From the sequence record DRR378314_729: a stretch of 59,122 nucleotides of DNA, one strand, 5' to 3'. Numbering within the stretch: position 1 is the stretch's first letter; each line of letters begins with the position of its first letter. A model generated the notes under the pieces. It had not been told where the DNA came from. It did not search any database and worked only from the letters and a program-made list of their open reading frames with translations. A program made the translations under genes and the position numbers. This document shows, piece by piece, positions 45,930 through 56,654 of the stretch.

Positions 45930-46823
45930 ATGACGCTGCCCCGCTCGCTCGCCATTCCAAAGACATGGAAAAATTTCAATTATGCGAGCTTTTTCTCGGC
46001 CTTCGGTTATCCCGCGCTTGGCTTGGCCCTGTTCATCACCATGATCGTGCTGGGCCTCGCCCTGACGCAGCTGACCTTCCATTGGTGGTACATTCCATTG
46101 GCCGTTGCCGTAATCGGCGCGTCGATCTTTGTCTGTAATGCTGGCATCGGGCCGCTTCACCGCATCCTGCAGCACCGGGCCGGCGAACTGGCCATGCCGG
46201 GCCAGATTGTCACCATGATCAATCTCGTGATCGCCATGCAGGGCAATGTGAAAGATTGGGTGAATTATCACTCGCAGCATCACCGCTTCTCCGACAAGCC
46301 GGGCGACCCGCACAACCCCTTCGAGTCCAAGCGCTGGGCGTGGGTTGGCTGGATCCTGTGGCGCGACAAGAAGGACACACAGCGCCCGCTGGCCATGTGG
46401 TTGAAGAACCAGCCAGCCGTCGTCTGGATGGACCGCTTCTATAATGAGATCAGCCTGGTGGTGCACCTCGTCATCCCGGCGGCGATCTATCTCGTCGTAT
46501 GGGCCGCCGGTGGCTCGCTCCTGCTGACCGCGCTGATCCACGCCTCGGTCGTGATCGGTCGCGCCATTCAGTTCCACGCCACCGTTTATGGCATCAATGT
46601 GCTCGGCCACCTGAAGACTCCGCTCTGGGCTGATCACGTCATCGGGTTGCTCACCGGCGGGGAAGCCTTCCACGATCATCACCACGACCAGCCGGTCAGT
46701 GCGCTGCACCGCCCGCGCCGCGGCCTGTGGAACCGGATTGTCGATTATAACGGCACCATCCTGCTCGCGATGGAAAAGATCGGCTGGGTGCGAAATCTGA
46801 AGATCGCGCCACAATTCGCCTGA
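45930..46823 (+). CDS. Membrane fatty acid (acyl-CoA delta-9-like) desaturase
   Basis: His boxes HRILQH, HSQHH, GEAFHDHHH; DPHNP. Confidence 0.9.
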   Translation: MTLPRSLAIPKTWKNFNYASFFSAFGYPALGLALFITMIVLGLALTQLTFHWWYIPLAVAVIGASIFVCNAGIGPLHRILQHRAGELAMPGQIVTMINLVIAMQGNVKDWVNYHSQHHRFSDKPGDPHNPFESKRWAWVGWILWRDKKDTQRPLAMWLKNQPAVVWMDRFYNEISLVVHLVIPAAIYLVVWAAGGSLLLTALIHASVVIGRAIQFHATVYGINVLGHLKTPLWADHVIGLLTGGEAFHDHHHDQPVSALHRPRRGLWNRIVDYNGTILLAMEKIGWVRNLKIAPQFA

Positions 46824-47020
46824 TCAATCCTATCAACATCAGGAGACGCTGGCTGCTGAAAATGAACAGTCAGTCATATTAACCGGGTACGGACCATCAT
46901 TCGCACCCGATTACCTTCCTAACAACGCGTTAATGCCACATGTGTGCCTGATTTCGCCCAGACATTGATCTACATCAGGCCGGGTGGCCAGATCGTTGAT
47001 TACTGGGAAGGGACGCACGC

Positions 47021-47782
47021 ATGAAAAAGCTCATCACCACGCTCGCCGCTGGCGCAGCCGCCATCTCCTTGATGGGACAGGCTTCCGCCAAGATACCCGC
47101 ACCGGAACCCGAAGATGATCCGGGGGCGGTGCATTCCTACATCCTGCTGGACCGAACCGGCTCCATGAGCAGCATCTGGGATGAAGCGCTCACTTCTGTA
47201 AACGCCTACGCCGCCAGTGTTGGCGAAGCCGACGAGGGAGAGATCGAAGGCGATGATATCAAGACAGATGTCACGCTCGCCATATTTGACTATCAGGATG
47301 GCATGCAGTTTGACGTGCTGCGCGACAAGGTGACGGCAGAAAACTGGACAAACGTCACAAACGACGAAGCCAATCCACGCGGCATGACCCCCCTGTTCGA
47401 TGCCATCGGACGCATCGTCTCCCGCGCCGAGGCAGACAATCCTGAAAAGGCCGTGATCGTCATCATGACCGATGGCCTTGAGAATTCTTCCCGTGAACTG
47501 ACCAAGGATGGCGCAAAAGCTGCGCTTGATCGCGCCGAGGCCAAGGGTTGGGAAGTCGTTTTCCTGGGCGCAGAATTCGCCCGGTTCGATGATGCAGAGG
47601 CCGTCGGCGTATCTGCATCCAAGACCATGGCCGTTGGACAGGGCTCGATGAGAGAGTCCATGTCTGCGCTCGCGAAGAAGTCGCGGGCCTATGGCAAGGG
47701 AGAAGAAGCAGAAATCATCTTCGACGAAGAAGATCGTGCGATTGCTGATGAGGAAGGCGTGAAACAACGCAAGGGACAGTAA
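47021..47782 (+). CDS. Exported vWA-domain protein
   Basis: Signal peptide; MIDAS-like LLDRTGSM, GMTPLFDAIG, IMTDGLENSS, FLGA. Confidence 0.85.
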   Translation: MKKLITTLAAGAAAISLMGQASAKIPAPEPEDDPGAVHSYILLDRTGSMSSIWDEALTSVNAYAASVGEADEGEIEGDDIKTDVTLAIFDYQDGMQFDVLRDKVTAENWTNVTNDEANPRGMTPLFDAIGRIVSRAEADNPEKAVIVIMTDGLENSSRELTKDGAKAALDRAEAKGWEVVFLGAEFARFDDAEAVGVSASKTMAVGQGSMRESMSALAKKSRAYGKGEEAEIIFDEEDRAIADEEGVKQRKGQ

Positions 47783-47838
47783 CGGGGACGACCGGGAGCC
47801 GGGCTCCCTGTCTTCCTCGCGGCCCGCTTCCATTAATA

Positions 47839-47868
47839 AAGGCCCGCCCCTTTTCGGGAGCGGGCCTT
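47839..47868. terminator. Terminator-like hairpin between convergent genes
   Basis: AAGGCCCGCCCC-TTTTC-GGGAGCGGGCCTT. Confidence 0.65.
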
Positions 47869-47895
47869 GAAGCGTTCCTGAAAGGCTTTGGCCGA

Positions 47896-48675
47896 TCAGC
47901 GCGGCGACATGCGGATCGCGCCGTCGAGGCGGACGTCTTCACCGTTGAAGTAGCCGTTCTTGATCATTTCGCAGGCGAGCGAGGCATATTCGTCCGGATT
48001 ACCAAGACGAGCCGGGTTCGGCACGGAAGCGGCCAGCGCCTGTTTCACATTGTCCGGTGCGCCCTGCATGAGCGGCGTGTCGAAGATGCCCGGCAGGATC
48101 GTGTTCACACGGATCAGTTCACGCGACAGGTCACGTGCAATCGGCAGAGTCATGCCAACCACGCCGCCCTTGGAGGCAGAGTAAGCAGCCTGACCCATCT
48201 GTCCGTCTTCAGCCGCGACAGATGCGGTGTTCACAATCGCGCCGCGCTCACCTTCGATCGGGTCCAGTGTCATCATGCCAGCGGCAGATTTGGCGATGCA
48301 ACGGAAGGTACCCACCAGATTGATCTGAATAATCAAGTCAAACTTATCGAGCGGGAAATGCTTGATCTCGCCGGTTTCCTTGTTGCGGCTGGCGGTCTTG
48401 ATCGCGTTGCCGGTGCCGGCGCAGTTCACAAGGATACGCTCCTGGCCGTTTGCCGCGCGAGCCTTTTCAAAGCCGGCATCAACAGACGCCTCATCGGTGA
48501 CGTTCACTTTGCAGAAAACGCCGCCAAGCTCGCTGGCGAGAGCCTCACCTTTTTCTTCGTTCAGGTCGAACAGGGCAACTTTGACGCCTTGTGCGGCCAG
48601 TTTGCGGGCTGTCGCTGCGCCGAGACCAGACGCACCGCCGGTGATGACTGCAGAGATGTTAGAGTTCAGTTCCAT
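47896..48675 (-). CDS. SDR oxidoreductase, 3-hydroxyacyl-CoA dehydrogenase type II-like
   Basis: TGGASGLG, NCAG, NTASVAAEDGQMGQAAYSASK, MTLPIARDL. Confidence 0.92.
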   Translation of the reverse strand: MELNSNISAVITGGASGLGAATARKLAAQGVKVALFDLNEEKGEALASELGGVFCKVNVTDEASVDAGFEKARAANGQERILVNCAGTGNAIKTASRNKETGEIKHFPLDKFDLIIQINLVGTFRCIAKSAAGMMTLDPIEGERGAIVNTASVAAEDGQMGQAAYSASKGGVVGMTLPIARDLSRELIRVNTILPGIFDTPLMQGAPDNVKQALAASVPNPARLGNPDEYASLACEMIKNGYFNGEDVRLDGAIRMSPR

Positions 48676-48740
48676 GGGCTGCTGCCCTCCCTTGTTTTTG
48701 TTGATACACTACTGGTCTATAGTGCTGACAGGAGTTCGCA

Positions 48741-49142
48741 ATGTCTGACGCAGCGGAAATAATAAACATGGTGCAGGACGCCGATGGCCGGTTCACGCCG
48801 CTATCGGTGGAGCGTATGGAGCGCGGCGCGAAAGGCCTCGTGCCGAAACTGCTGAAAGTCGCCGGAAAGATACCGTTTGCGGATGACCTAGCGGCAGCCT
48901 ATTTCGCGGCGCGCGATCCGGACACGCCACTCAAGGCAAAAGGCGTTCTATTTGCAGCGGCGGCCTATTTCGTGATGCCAATCGATCTGATGCCGGATTT
49001 CCTGGCCGGGCTTGGCTTTACCGACGACGCAACCGTGCTCGCCACAGCGCTCGGCATTGTGGGCATGCATGTGAAGGACGTGCATCGCGGAATGGCGCGC
49101 CGCCTGCTGCGCATGCCCGAACCAGTCAGTCGCGAAGACTGA
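48741..49142 (+). CDS. YkvA/DUF1232 family membrane protein
   Basis: AYFVMPIDLMPDFLAGLGFTDD. Confidence 0.9.
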   Translation: MSDAAEIINMVQDADGRFTPLSVERMERGAKGLVPKLLKVAGKIPFADDLAAAYFAARDPDTPLKAKGVLFAAAAYFVMPIDLMPDFLAGLGFTDDATVLATALGIVGMHVKDVHRGMARRLLRMPEPVSRED

Positions 49143-49146
49143 TCCA

Positions 49147-49800
49147 GTGACACTCTCAACCGGCGTCCTGCTCGCATCGATCGCTCTCGGCGTCCTGTAC
49201 GGCGTCGCATTCTGCTGGCGTCCGCACAGCCTGCTCAAACTGATTGTGAAAACCGGCTCTACCGCCCTGCTCGCGCTGTGGGCATATTTGCTTGGCGGCC
49301 CGGTCCTGCTGGTGGCTGGGCTGGCTTTGAGCGCTCTTGGCGATTTCTTCCTTGAGGCTGATGAGAACGACAAATTCCTGCTGCCCGGCATGGCCGCATT
49401 CTTCGCGGCGCATGTTGCCTATATTGCGCTGTTCTGGGCCCTGCCACAGGCAGATCGGACGCTCTTGATCCTTGCCGCACAGATTGGCCTCATCGCCTGC
49501 GGCGTCGTCTTTATCCGCTGGCTCGCGCCGTGGGTAACGAAAGACATGCGCTTTCCGGTGATCGGATACGGCGCGATCATCCTGATGATGGGCGCAGCGG
49601 CACTCCGGCTAGACCCCACCTATCTTCCCGTGCTTCTGGGCGCGCTCATGTTCATCGCGTCAGATGTGATCCTGTCGTTTCAATTGTTTGTCAGACCAGC
49701 AGATGCACCGAAACGCGCCCTGCCCTCTATCGCGCTCTGGTTTCTCTATTATGGGGGTCAGGCGCTGATCGCCTGGGGCGTGCTCCGCAACCTCGCCTAG
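49147..49800 (+). CDS. Lysoplasmalogenase (YhhN/TMEM86) family
   Basis: LSALGDFFL, GMAAFFAAHVAY, LMFIASDVIL, LYYGGQ. Confidence 0.9.
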   Translation: MTLSTGVLLASIALGVLYGVAFCWRPHSLLKLIVKTGSTALLALWAYLLGGPVLLVAGLALSALGDFFLEADENDKFLLPGMAAFFAAHVAYIALFWALPQADRTLLILAAQIGLIACGVVFIRWLAPWVTKDMRFPVIGYGAIILMMGAAALRLDPTYLPVLLGALMFIASDVILSFQLFVRPADAPKRALPSIALWFLYYGGQALIAWGVLRNLA

Positions 49801-50633
49801 CGGGGCCGATCGCCATTGATCGTGGCGCGGCGCATATGCCGACGATGGCCGTGATAATCATTCAGCGCGTAGTGCCAGACACAGCGATTGTCCCACATGG
49901 TCACATCGCCCGCCTGCCAGCGCACGCGGCATGTATTGCGCTCCTCGCGCGACAGGTCGAACAGATAGGTCAGCAGAGGGCGGCTCTCTTTCCGGCTCCA
50001 GCCTGCAAAACGCAGCGTGAAGGCCGGATTGACGAACAGCCCCTTGCGGCCAGTTTGCGGATGGGTGCGGATCACGGGATGTTCGAATTCCGGCGCATCG
50101 GGCGCTGATTTCGCGTCCATCGACTGGCGCACCGCCGCCGAATAGCCATCCGCGCCATATTCCTTGCTGGCCGTATGGATGGCCGTCATGCCCTCCAGCG
50201 TCTTCTTCAACCCGTCAGACAAGCGGTCGTAGGCGGCCTGCTGGTCAGCAAACAGCGTGTCCCCACCATAGGGCGGCACTTCGATGGCGTGCAGCACAGA
50301 CCCCAGGGCCGGCTCCTCCAGAAAGCTCATGTCGGAATGCCAGCCGCCGCCGAAATTGGTTTTCTCGTCCGGTTCCTTGATGATTTCCAGCAGCTCCGGA
50401 TGGCCGTCCATGCCCTTCACATACGGGTGTATATTCAGCGTGCCGAACCGCCGCGCGAAATCCTTCTGCTGGTCCGGCGTCAGCCCGTTCTGGCCGCGCA
50501 AAACGATCACCTTGTGATCCAGAAATGCCTGATGGATCTCATCGAACTCGGCATTCGACAGGCCGCTGAGAAGGTCTGCCCCGAAGATTTCGGCGCCGAG
50601 AGTGCCCGACAGTGGCTGAATGGTCAGGGTCAT
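49797..50633 (-). CDS. TauD/TfdA Fe(II)/2-oxoglutarate dioxygenase
   Basis: WHSD, GGDTLF, HPVIRTHP, WDNRCVWH, RHMRR. Confidence 0.92.
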   Translation of the reverse strand: MTLTIQPLSGTLGAEIFGADLLSGLSNAEFDEIHQAFLDHKVIVLRGQNGLTPDQQKDFARRFGTLNIHPYVKGMDGHPELLEIIKEPDEKTNFGGGWHSDMSFLEEPALGSVLHAIEVPPYGGDTLFADQQAAYDRLSDGLKKTLEGMTAIHTASKEYGADGYSAAVRQSMDAKSAPDAPEFEHPVIRTHPQTGRKGLFVNPAFTLRFAGWSRKESRPLLTYLFDLSREERNTCRVRWQAGDVTMWDNRCVWHYALNDYHGHRRHMRRATINGDRPR

Positions 50634-50720
50634 GCGCTCTACTGAACCACCGACCTGCACACGACGCAATATTGTCATTTGCGCCCGCCAAGGAAATGTG
50701 AGACAGACGCGGCGGGCCAG

Positions 50721-50768
50721 GCGCCCCCAACGGCGCTCAGCCTATCTGTGAGGATAGGAGTAAAACAG

Positions 50769-50771
<3 letters not shown>
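50721..50771 (+). ncRNA. serC leader cis-regulatory RNA motif (alphaproteobacterial)
   Basis: Hairpin GCGCC-CCCAAC-GGCGC, short TCAG linker, hairpin CCTATC-TGTGAG-GATAGG overlapping the RBS, then the serC ATG. Matches the two-hairpin serC element as I recall it. Confidence 0.65.
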
Positions 50772-51932
<1,161 letters not shown>

Positions 51933-52027
51933 GGCCACGTCCAGACTTGCTTTTCCTGCCCTCTCTCATCCTCGGCCCTGCTGAGGATGGGGGACGCAGC
52001 CCTCAATGCTCATGAAGAGACAGACAC

Positions 52028-53623
52028 ATGACCAAAGTCCTGATCGCTGACAAACTCAGCCCCGCCGCCGTCGATATTTTCAAGGCGCGCGGAATCGAAA
52101 CCGACATCAAGGTTGGCCTTTCAAAAGAAGAGCTGATCGAGATCATTCCACAATATGATGGCCTTGCCGTTCGTTCTGCCTGTAAACCGGATGCAGACGT
52201 CATTGCCGCCGCTGACAATCTGAAAGTCATTGGCCGCGCCGGAATTGGTGTCGACAATATCGACATCAAAGCCGCCACCGCCAAAGGCGTGGTGATCATG
52301 AACACGCCATTCGGCAACGCCATCACGACGGCAGAACACGCCATCGCCATGATGTTCGCTGCAGCCCGCCAGATCCCGGCCGCCAATGCTCGCACACAAG
52401 CTGGCGAATGGCCGAAGAAAGACTTCATGGGAACGGAAGTTTCTTACAAGACACTTGGTCTGATCGGTTGCGGCAATATCGGAAGCCGCGTTGCCGAGCG
52501 CGCCATTGGCCTGAAGATGAAAGTGGCCGCATATGACCCGTTCCTGACGGAAGAGCGCGCCGTTGAACTGGGCGTTGAAAAGGTCGAGCTTGAAGAATTG
52601 CTCGCCCGCGCAGATGTCATCACGCTGCACGTTCCGCTTACAGATCAAACCCGCAATGTCCTGTCCCGAGAGGCGCTTGAGAAAACCAAGAAGGGCGTCA
52701 TCCTCGTCAATTGTGCCCGGGGTGGCCTGGTCGACGAACTCGCGGTGAAAGACTTGCTGGAAAGCGGCCATATTTCTGCTGCAGCCTTCGACGTATTCGC
52801 CGAGGAACCGGCGAAAGAGCACGCCCTGTTCGGCACGCCAAACTTCATCGCAACGCCGCACCTTGGCGCGGCGACGACTGAAGCACAGGAAAACGTCGCC
52901 CTTCAGGTGGCGGAGCAAATGGCCGACTATCTGCTTTCCGGCGCGGTCACGAATGCGCTGAACATGCCGTCCATCACCGCTGAGGAAGCCCCGCGCATCA
53001 AGCCGTTTGCAACGCTGGCCGAAAAAATTGGCAGCTTCGCCGGTCAGATCTCTGACTTCGGCTATGACGAAGTCGTCATCGAGTATGAAGGCGAAGTGGC
53101 TGACCTGAACCGCAAGCCGCTGACGGCCGCTCTGCTCGCAGGTCTGCTGCGTGCCTCCCGCGGCGATGTGAACATGGTCTCCGCCCCGGCCATACTGGCC
53201 GATAGCGGCGTCAAGCTGACCGAAACGAAGACTGAGGACAGCCCGGTCTATGACAGCCTGATCCGCATCAAGGTGAAAACCAAAGCGACCAAGAACGCCC
53301 CCGAAGGCGGCTGGCGGACACTGGCCGGCACGATCATCGCCGGACAGCCGCGCATCGTCGAAGTGAAGGGCATGGCGCTGGAAGGCGACTTCTCGCCGGT
53401 CATGCTCTACATCAACAACCTGGACACGCCGGGCTTCATCGGTGCGCTGGGCCAGATGCTGGGCGAAGCCAACATCAACATCGCCACTTTCCATCTCGGC
53501 CGCACAGCTGCCGGAGAAGAAGCGATCGCGCTCGTCGGAGTAGACGCTGTTCCGCCAACCGAAATGATCGAGAAGCTCGATGCGCTGCCGCAAGTTCGTT
53601 ATGCGAAAGCGCTGACATTCTAA
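52028..53623 (+). CDS. serA: D-3-phosphoglycerate dehydrogenase
   Basis: GRAGIGVDN, GCGNIG, NCARGG, TPHLGA, C-terminal ACT domain. Confidence 0.96.
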   Translation: MTKVLIADKLSPAAVDIFKARGIETDIKVGLSKEELIEIIPQYDGLAVRSACKPDADVIAAADNLKVIGRAGIGVDNIDIKAATAKGVVIMNTPFGNAITTAEHAIAMMFAAARQIPAANARTQAGEWPKKDFMGTEVSYKTLGLIGCGNIGSRVAERAIGLKMKVAAYDPFLTEERAVELGVEKVELEELLARADVITLHVPLTDQTRNVLSREALEKTKKGVILVNCARGGLVDELAVKDLLESGHISAAAFDVFAEEPAKEHALFGTPNFIATPHLGAATTEAQENVALQVAEQMADYLLSGAVTNALNMPSITAEEAPRIKPFATLAEKIGSFAGQISDFGYDEVVIEYEGEVADLNRKPLTAALLAGLLRASRGDVNMVSAPAILADSGVKLTETKTEDSPVYDSLIRIKVKTKATKNAPEGGWRTLAGTIIAGQPRIVEVKGMALEGDFSPVMLYINNLDTPGFIGALGQMLGEANINIATFHLGRTAAGEEAIALVGVDAVPPTEMIEKLDALPQVRYAKALTF

Positions 53624-53671
53624 GCCAGAGCGGCGCGTTTCATACGCGCAGCGCATAGATACTATGCTTCA

Positions 53672-53707
53672 AGGGCGGGCTGATCGGCGGATCGGCCCGC
53701 CCTATTT
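53672..53707 (+). terminator. Terminator-like hairpin after serA
   Basis: AGGGCGGGCTGATC-GGCG-GATCGGCCCGCCCT followed by ATTT. Confidence 0.65.
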
Positions 53708-53737
53708 GCTCCTTTCAACACGCAAAGGAGTTCTCAA

Positions 53738-54325
53738 ATGGCCAAGATCGCCATCGTTTATCATTCAGGCTACGGCCATACAGCCAAGGTCGCCGAACAC
53801 GTCCGGAAAGGCGCCGCCAGCACCGGCGCGGAGGTCACGCTCTACAAAGCCGAAGATCTCGCCTCCCCCGAATCAGGCCCCTGGGATGAGCTGAACGCCG
53901 CAGATGGCATCATTTTCGGTGCGCCGACCTATATGGGCTCGGCCTCTGCCCAAATGAAACAATTCCTCGATGCCACTTCCAAGGCATGGTTCACCGACGC
54001 CTGGAAAGACAAGATTGCTGCTGGTTTCACCAATTCCGGTTCGCTCGCAGGTGACAAATCCAGCACGCTGAACCAATTCTCCACCATCGCCGCCCAGCAT
54101 GGCATGGTCTGGGTGAATTTCGGTTTGAAATCAGGATTCAACGCCTCCGGACACGACTTCGCCGGCGCCCTGAACCGCGCTGGCTTCTACAATGGTCTTG
54201 CAACCCAGGCGATGACTGACCTGTCCGCTGAGGAAGGCCCCGACGCCTCAGACCTGAAGACAGCCGAGCTGTTTGGCGAGCGTGTCGCAGATGCCACCCT
54301 GCGCTGGGTTCGCGGCGCAGCCTGA
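53738..54325 (+). CDS. WrbA-like flavodoxin family protein
   Basis: YHSGYGHT, FGAPTYMG, KIAAGFTNSGS. Confidence 0.9.
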   Translation: MAKIAIVYHSGYGHTAKVAEHVRKGAASTGAEVTLYKAEDLASPESGPWDELNAADGIIFGAPTYMGSASAQMKQFLDATSKAWFTDAWKDKIAAGFTNSGSLAGDKSSTLNQFSTIAAQHGMVWVNFGLKSGFNASGHDFAGALNRAGFYNGLATQAMTDLSAEEGPDASDLKTAELFGERVADATLRWVRGAA

Positions 54326-54389
54326 CGGAACGGAGTTGACGGCGCGGCGTTCGCTCCCTTCATTGGGGAAAATTACATAGGGTTAACAT

Positions 54390-54971
54390 ATGAAACGCGC
54401 CGTCTCGCTCCTGCTTTGCTCGTCCATCCTTGCTTCAGGTGCCGCTAGCGCCGACATTCTCAGTGAAGCGCGTTTCGGCGTCATGCAGGAGAATATCTGC
54501 ATCCTCGATTGCGACAATGCGAACAAGGAGCCCGGCCAGAACATCAGCGCCGAGCTCCTCTTCGCCTCTCCTGACTTTCTCGACCTGATCTGGAGCCCGA
54601 AGCCCTATGTGATGGGCAGCCTGAACACGCAGGGTGACACGAGCTTCGGCGGGTTCGGCCTGCACTGGTCGTTCGATTTTGCCGACAAATGGGCCTTCCA
54701 GCCGAGCGTCGGCTATGTCATCCATGATGGCGAACTGGCCAGCCCCTTCCCTCAAGGCGACCCGCGCGGCGACGCGTTTACCGAAGAACACGTCCTCTTC
54801 GGCTCGCGGGACTTGTTCCGCACGACATTCGGCCTTCATTACGAGATCAACGAGACCTGGGGGGCGGAGCTGCTCTACGAGCACCTCAGCCACGGTCAGA
54901 TCCTCGGCAATGGCCGCAATCAGGGCATCGACAATATCGGGCTGCGCGCCACCTACGCATTCGGGAATTAA
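54390..54971 (+). CDS. Outer-membrane beta-barrel acyl hydrolase (PagL/acyloxyacyl hydrolase-like)
   Basis: Signal peptide, FGSRDLFR, YEHLSHG, NQGID, aromatic C-terminal strand. Confidence 0.8.
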   Translation: MKRAVSLLLCSSILASGAASADILSEARFGVMQENICILDCDNANKEPGQNISAELLFASPDFLDLIWSPKPYVMGSLNTQGDTSFGGFGLHWSFDFADKWAFQPSVGYVIHDGELASPFPQGDPRGDAFTEEHVLFGSRDLFRTTFGLHYEINETWGAELLYEHLSHGQILGNGRNQGIDNIGLRATYAFGN

Positions 54972-55052
54972 GCCCTCCCGCTGCGGAACCCCTTGTGAAA
55001 CGCAGGCGTCGTGACACTCTTCCTCCCATAAAAATAACGGGAGGAAACACGC

Positions 55053-56522
55053 ATGCCGGACAAGCACATTGTCATTATCGGCGCTGGCCTTGGCGGGCTG
55101 ACCGCAGCCATCAAGCTGCAGGAAGCCGGCTACGACTTCACAATACTGGAACAGGCGGGCCGTGTCGGCGGCACCTGGGCGCAAAACACCTATCCGGGCT
55201 GCGCCTGCGATGTGCCCGTGGCGGCCTACCAGCTCTCATTCGCCCAGTCGATGAACTGGACCCGCGTGTATCCGCAACAGCCTGAGATCCAGGCCTATGC
55301 CGAAGAAATCACGGACCGCTACCAGCTGCGCCCGAACCTCCGCCTGAATGAAGCCGCAGAAAAGGCTGTCTGGGATGAAGCGACGAAGATGTGGACCATC
55401 ACCACCTCCAAGGGTGAAACGCTGACCGCTGACGCGGTGATCGGCGCGCTGGGCCAGTTGAACCGCCCCTTCTGGCCGGATATTCCCGGCAAGGACAGTT
55501 TCAAGGGCGCCATCATGCATTCTGCCGAATGGGATCATTCGGTTGAACTTGATGACAAGCGGATCGGCATTATCGGCTCAGCCGCCAGCGCCGTGCAGAT
55601 CATCCCCGAAGTCGCGAAAACCTGCGCCAATGTCGGGGTCTTCCAGCGCTCGCCCAACTGGGTCATCCCACGCAATGACCGCTTCATCTCGCCAGAGGAG
55701 ATGGCGCTGATGTTCACCATTCCGGACAAGGCGATGGAATTCGCAGAAATGAACCGCAAGCTGATCTATGAGAATGCGGACTATTTCTTCTGGCAGGCCT
55801 TTGAATGGACACCGGAGGGCCGGGCGCACTTTACGCGCCTCGCCACGGATCATCTGCACGAGCAGGTGCCGGATGAGGAGATGCGCAAGAAACTGACGCC
55901 GGATTATCCCGTCGGCTGCCGCCGCATCCTGATCTCGGACGACTACTTCACCACACTGATGGAGCCGAATGTCGACCTGATCACGGATCACATCGCAGAG
56001 ATCGTTCCGGAGGGCATCAAAACCGTGGACGGAAAGATCCACGAATACGACGTGCTGGCGTTCGCCACCGGATTCGAGACCACAGGCTGGCGCTGGTCGG
56101 TCGATGTCATCGGCCGCGATGGCCAGTCCATCACCGACGCCTGGGAAGACGGCCCCGAAGCCTATCTCGGCATCACGGTCACCGGCTTCCCAAACTTCTT
56201 TGTCCTCTACGGCCCGAACACAAATCTCGGCCACAACTCCATCACCTTCATGCTGGAGCGCCAGGTGGAATACACACTGAAGGCGCTGCAGGCGCTCGAC
56301 GAAAAAGGCGCCGCCGCGCTTGTGCCGACCGAAGCCGCACAGGCCGCCTACAATGCTGACCTTCAGGAAAAGCTCGGCAAGACGGTCTGGGCCGACCCGG
56401 CCTGCAACAGCTGGTACAAGACCGGCACCGGCAAGATCACCCAGAACTGGTCCGGCCACACCCGCGCCTACGCCGACGCCGTCGCGGAGGTGAAGCTGGA
56501 GGATTATGAGCTGGTCCCATAA
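55053..56522 (+). CDS. Flavin-containing (Baeyer-Villiger type) monooxygenase
   Basis: GAGLGG, GGTWAQNTYPGCACD, FKGAIMHSAEW fingerprint, GSAASA, ATGF. Confidence 0.93.
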   Translation: MPDKHIVIIGAGLGGLTAAIKLQEAGYDFTILEQAGRVGGTWAQNTYPGCACDVPVAAYQLSFAQSMNWTRVYPQQPEIQAYAEEITDRYQLRPNLRLNEAAEKAVWDEATKMWTITTSKGETLTADAVIGALGQLNRPFWPDIPGKDSFKGAIMHSAEWDHSVELDDKRIGIIGSAASAVQIIPEVAKTCANVGVFQRSPNWVIPRNDRFISPEEMALMFTIPDKAMEFAEMNRKLIYENADYFFWQAFEWTPEGRAHFTRLATDHLHEQVPDEEMRKKLTPDYPVGCRRILISDDYFTTLMEPNVDLITDHIAEIVPEGIKTVDGKIHEYDVLAFATGFETTGWRWSVDVIGRDGQSITDAWEDGPEAYLGITVTGFPNFFVLYGPNTNLGHNSITFMLERQVEYTLKALQALDEKGAAALVPTEAAQAAYNADLQEKLGKTVWADPACNSWYKTGTGKITQNWSGHTRAYADAVAEVKLEDYELVP

Positions 56523-56654
56523 GGGCCCCGGTCACTGGGCCCCAATCACGGGCATCGCCGTACATAAAGCCCGCCAAAATTCCGTGTCGCCATTCCTGCT
56601 CAATTGATATATTCATATAACAATATGAATTCGAGCGAGATCGGAGACGCGTGC

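Noticed and set aside
51960-51995. Hairpin CTCATCCTC...GAGGATGGG between serC and serA
   Set aside because: Single copy in the window with no U-tract; cannot distinguish a stabilising stem from a dispersed repeat.
52121-53656. 511-aa minus-strand ORF
   Set aside because: Antisense shadow of serA.
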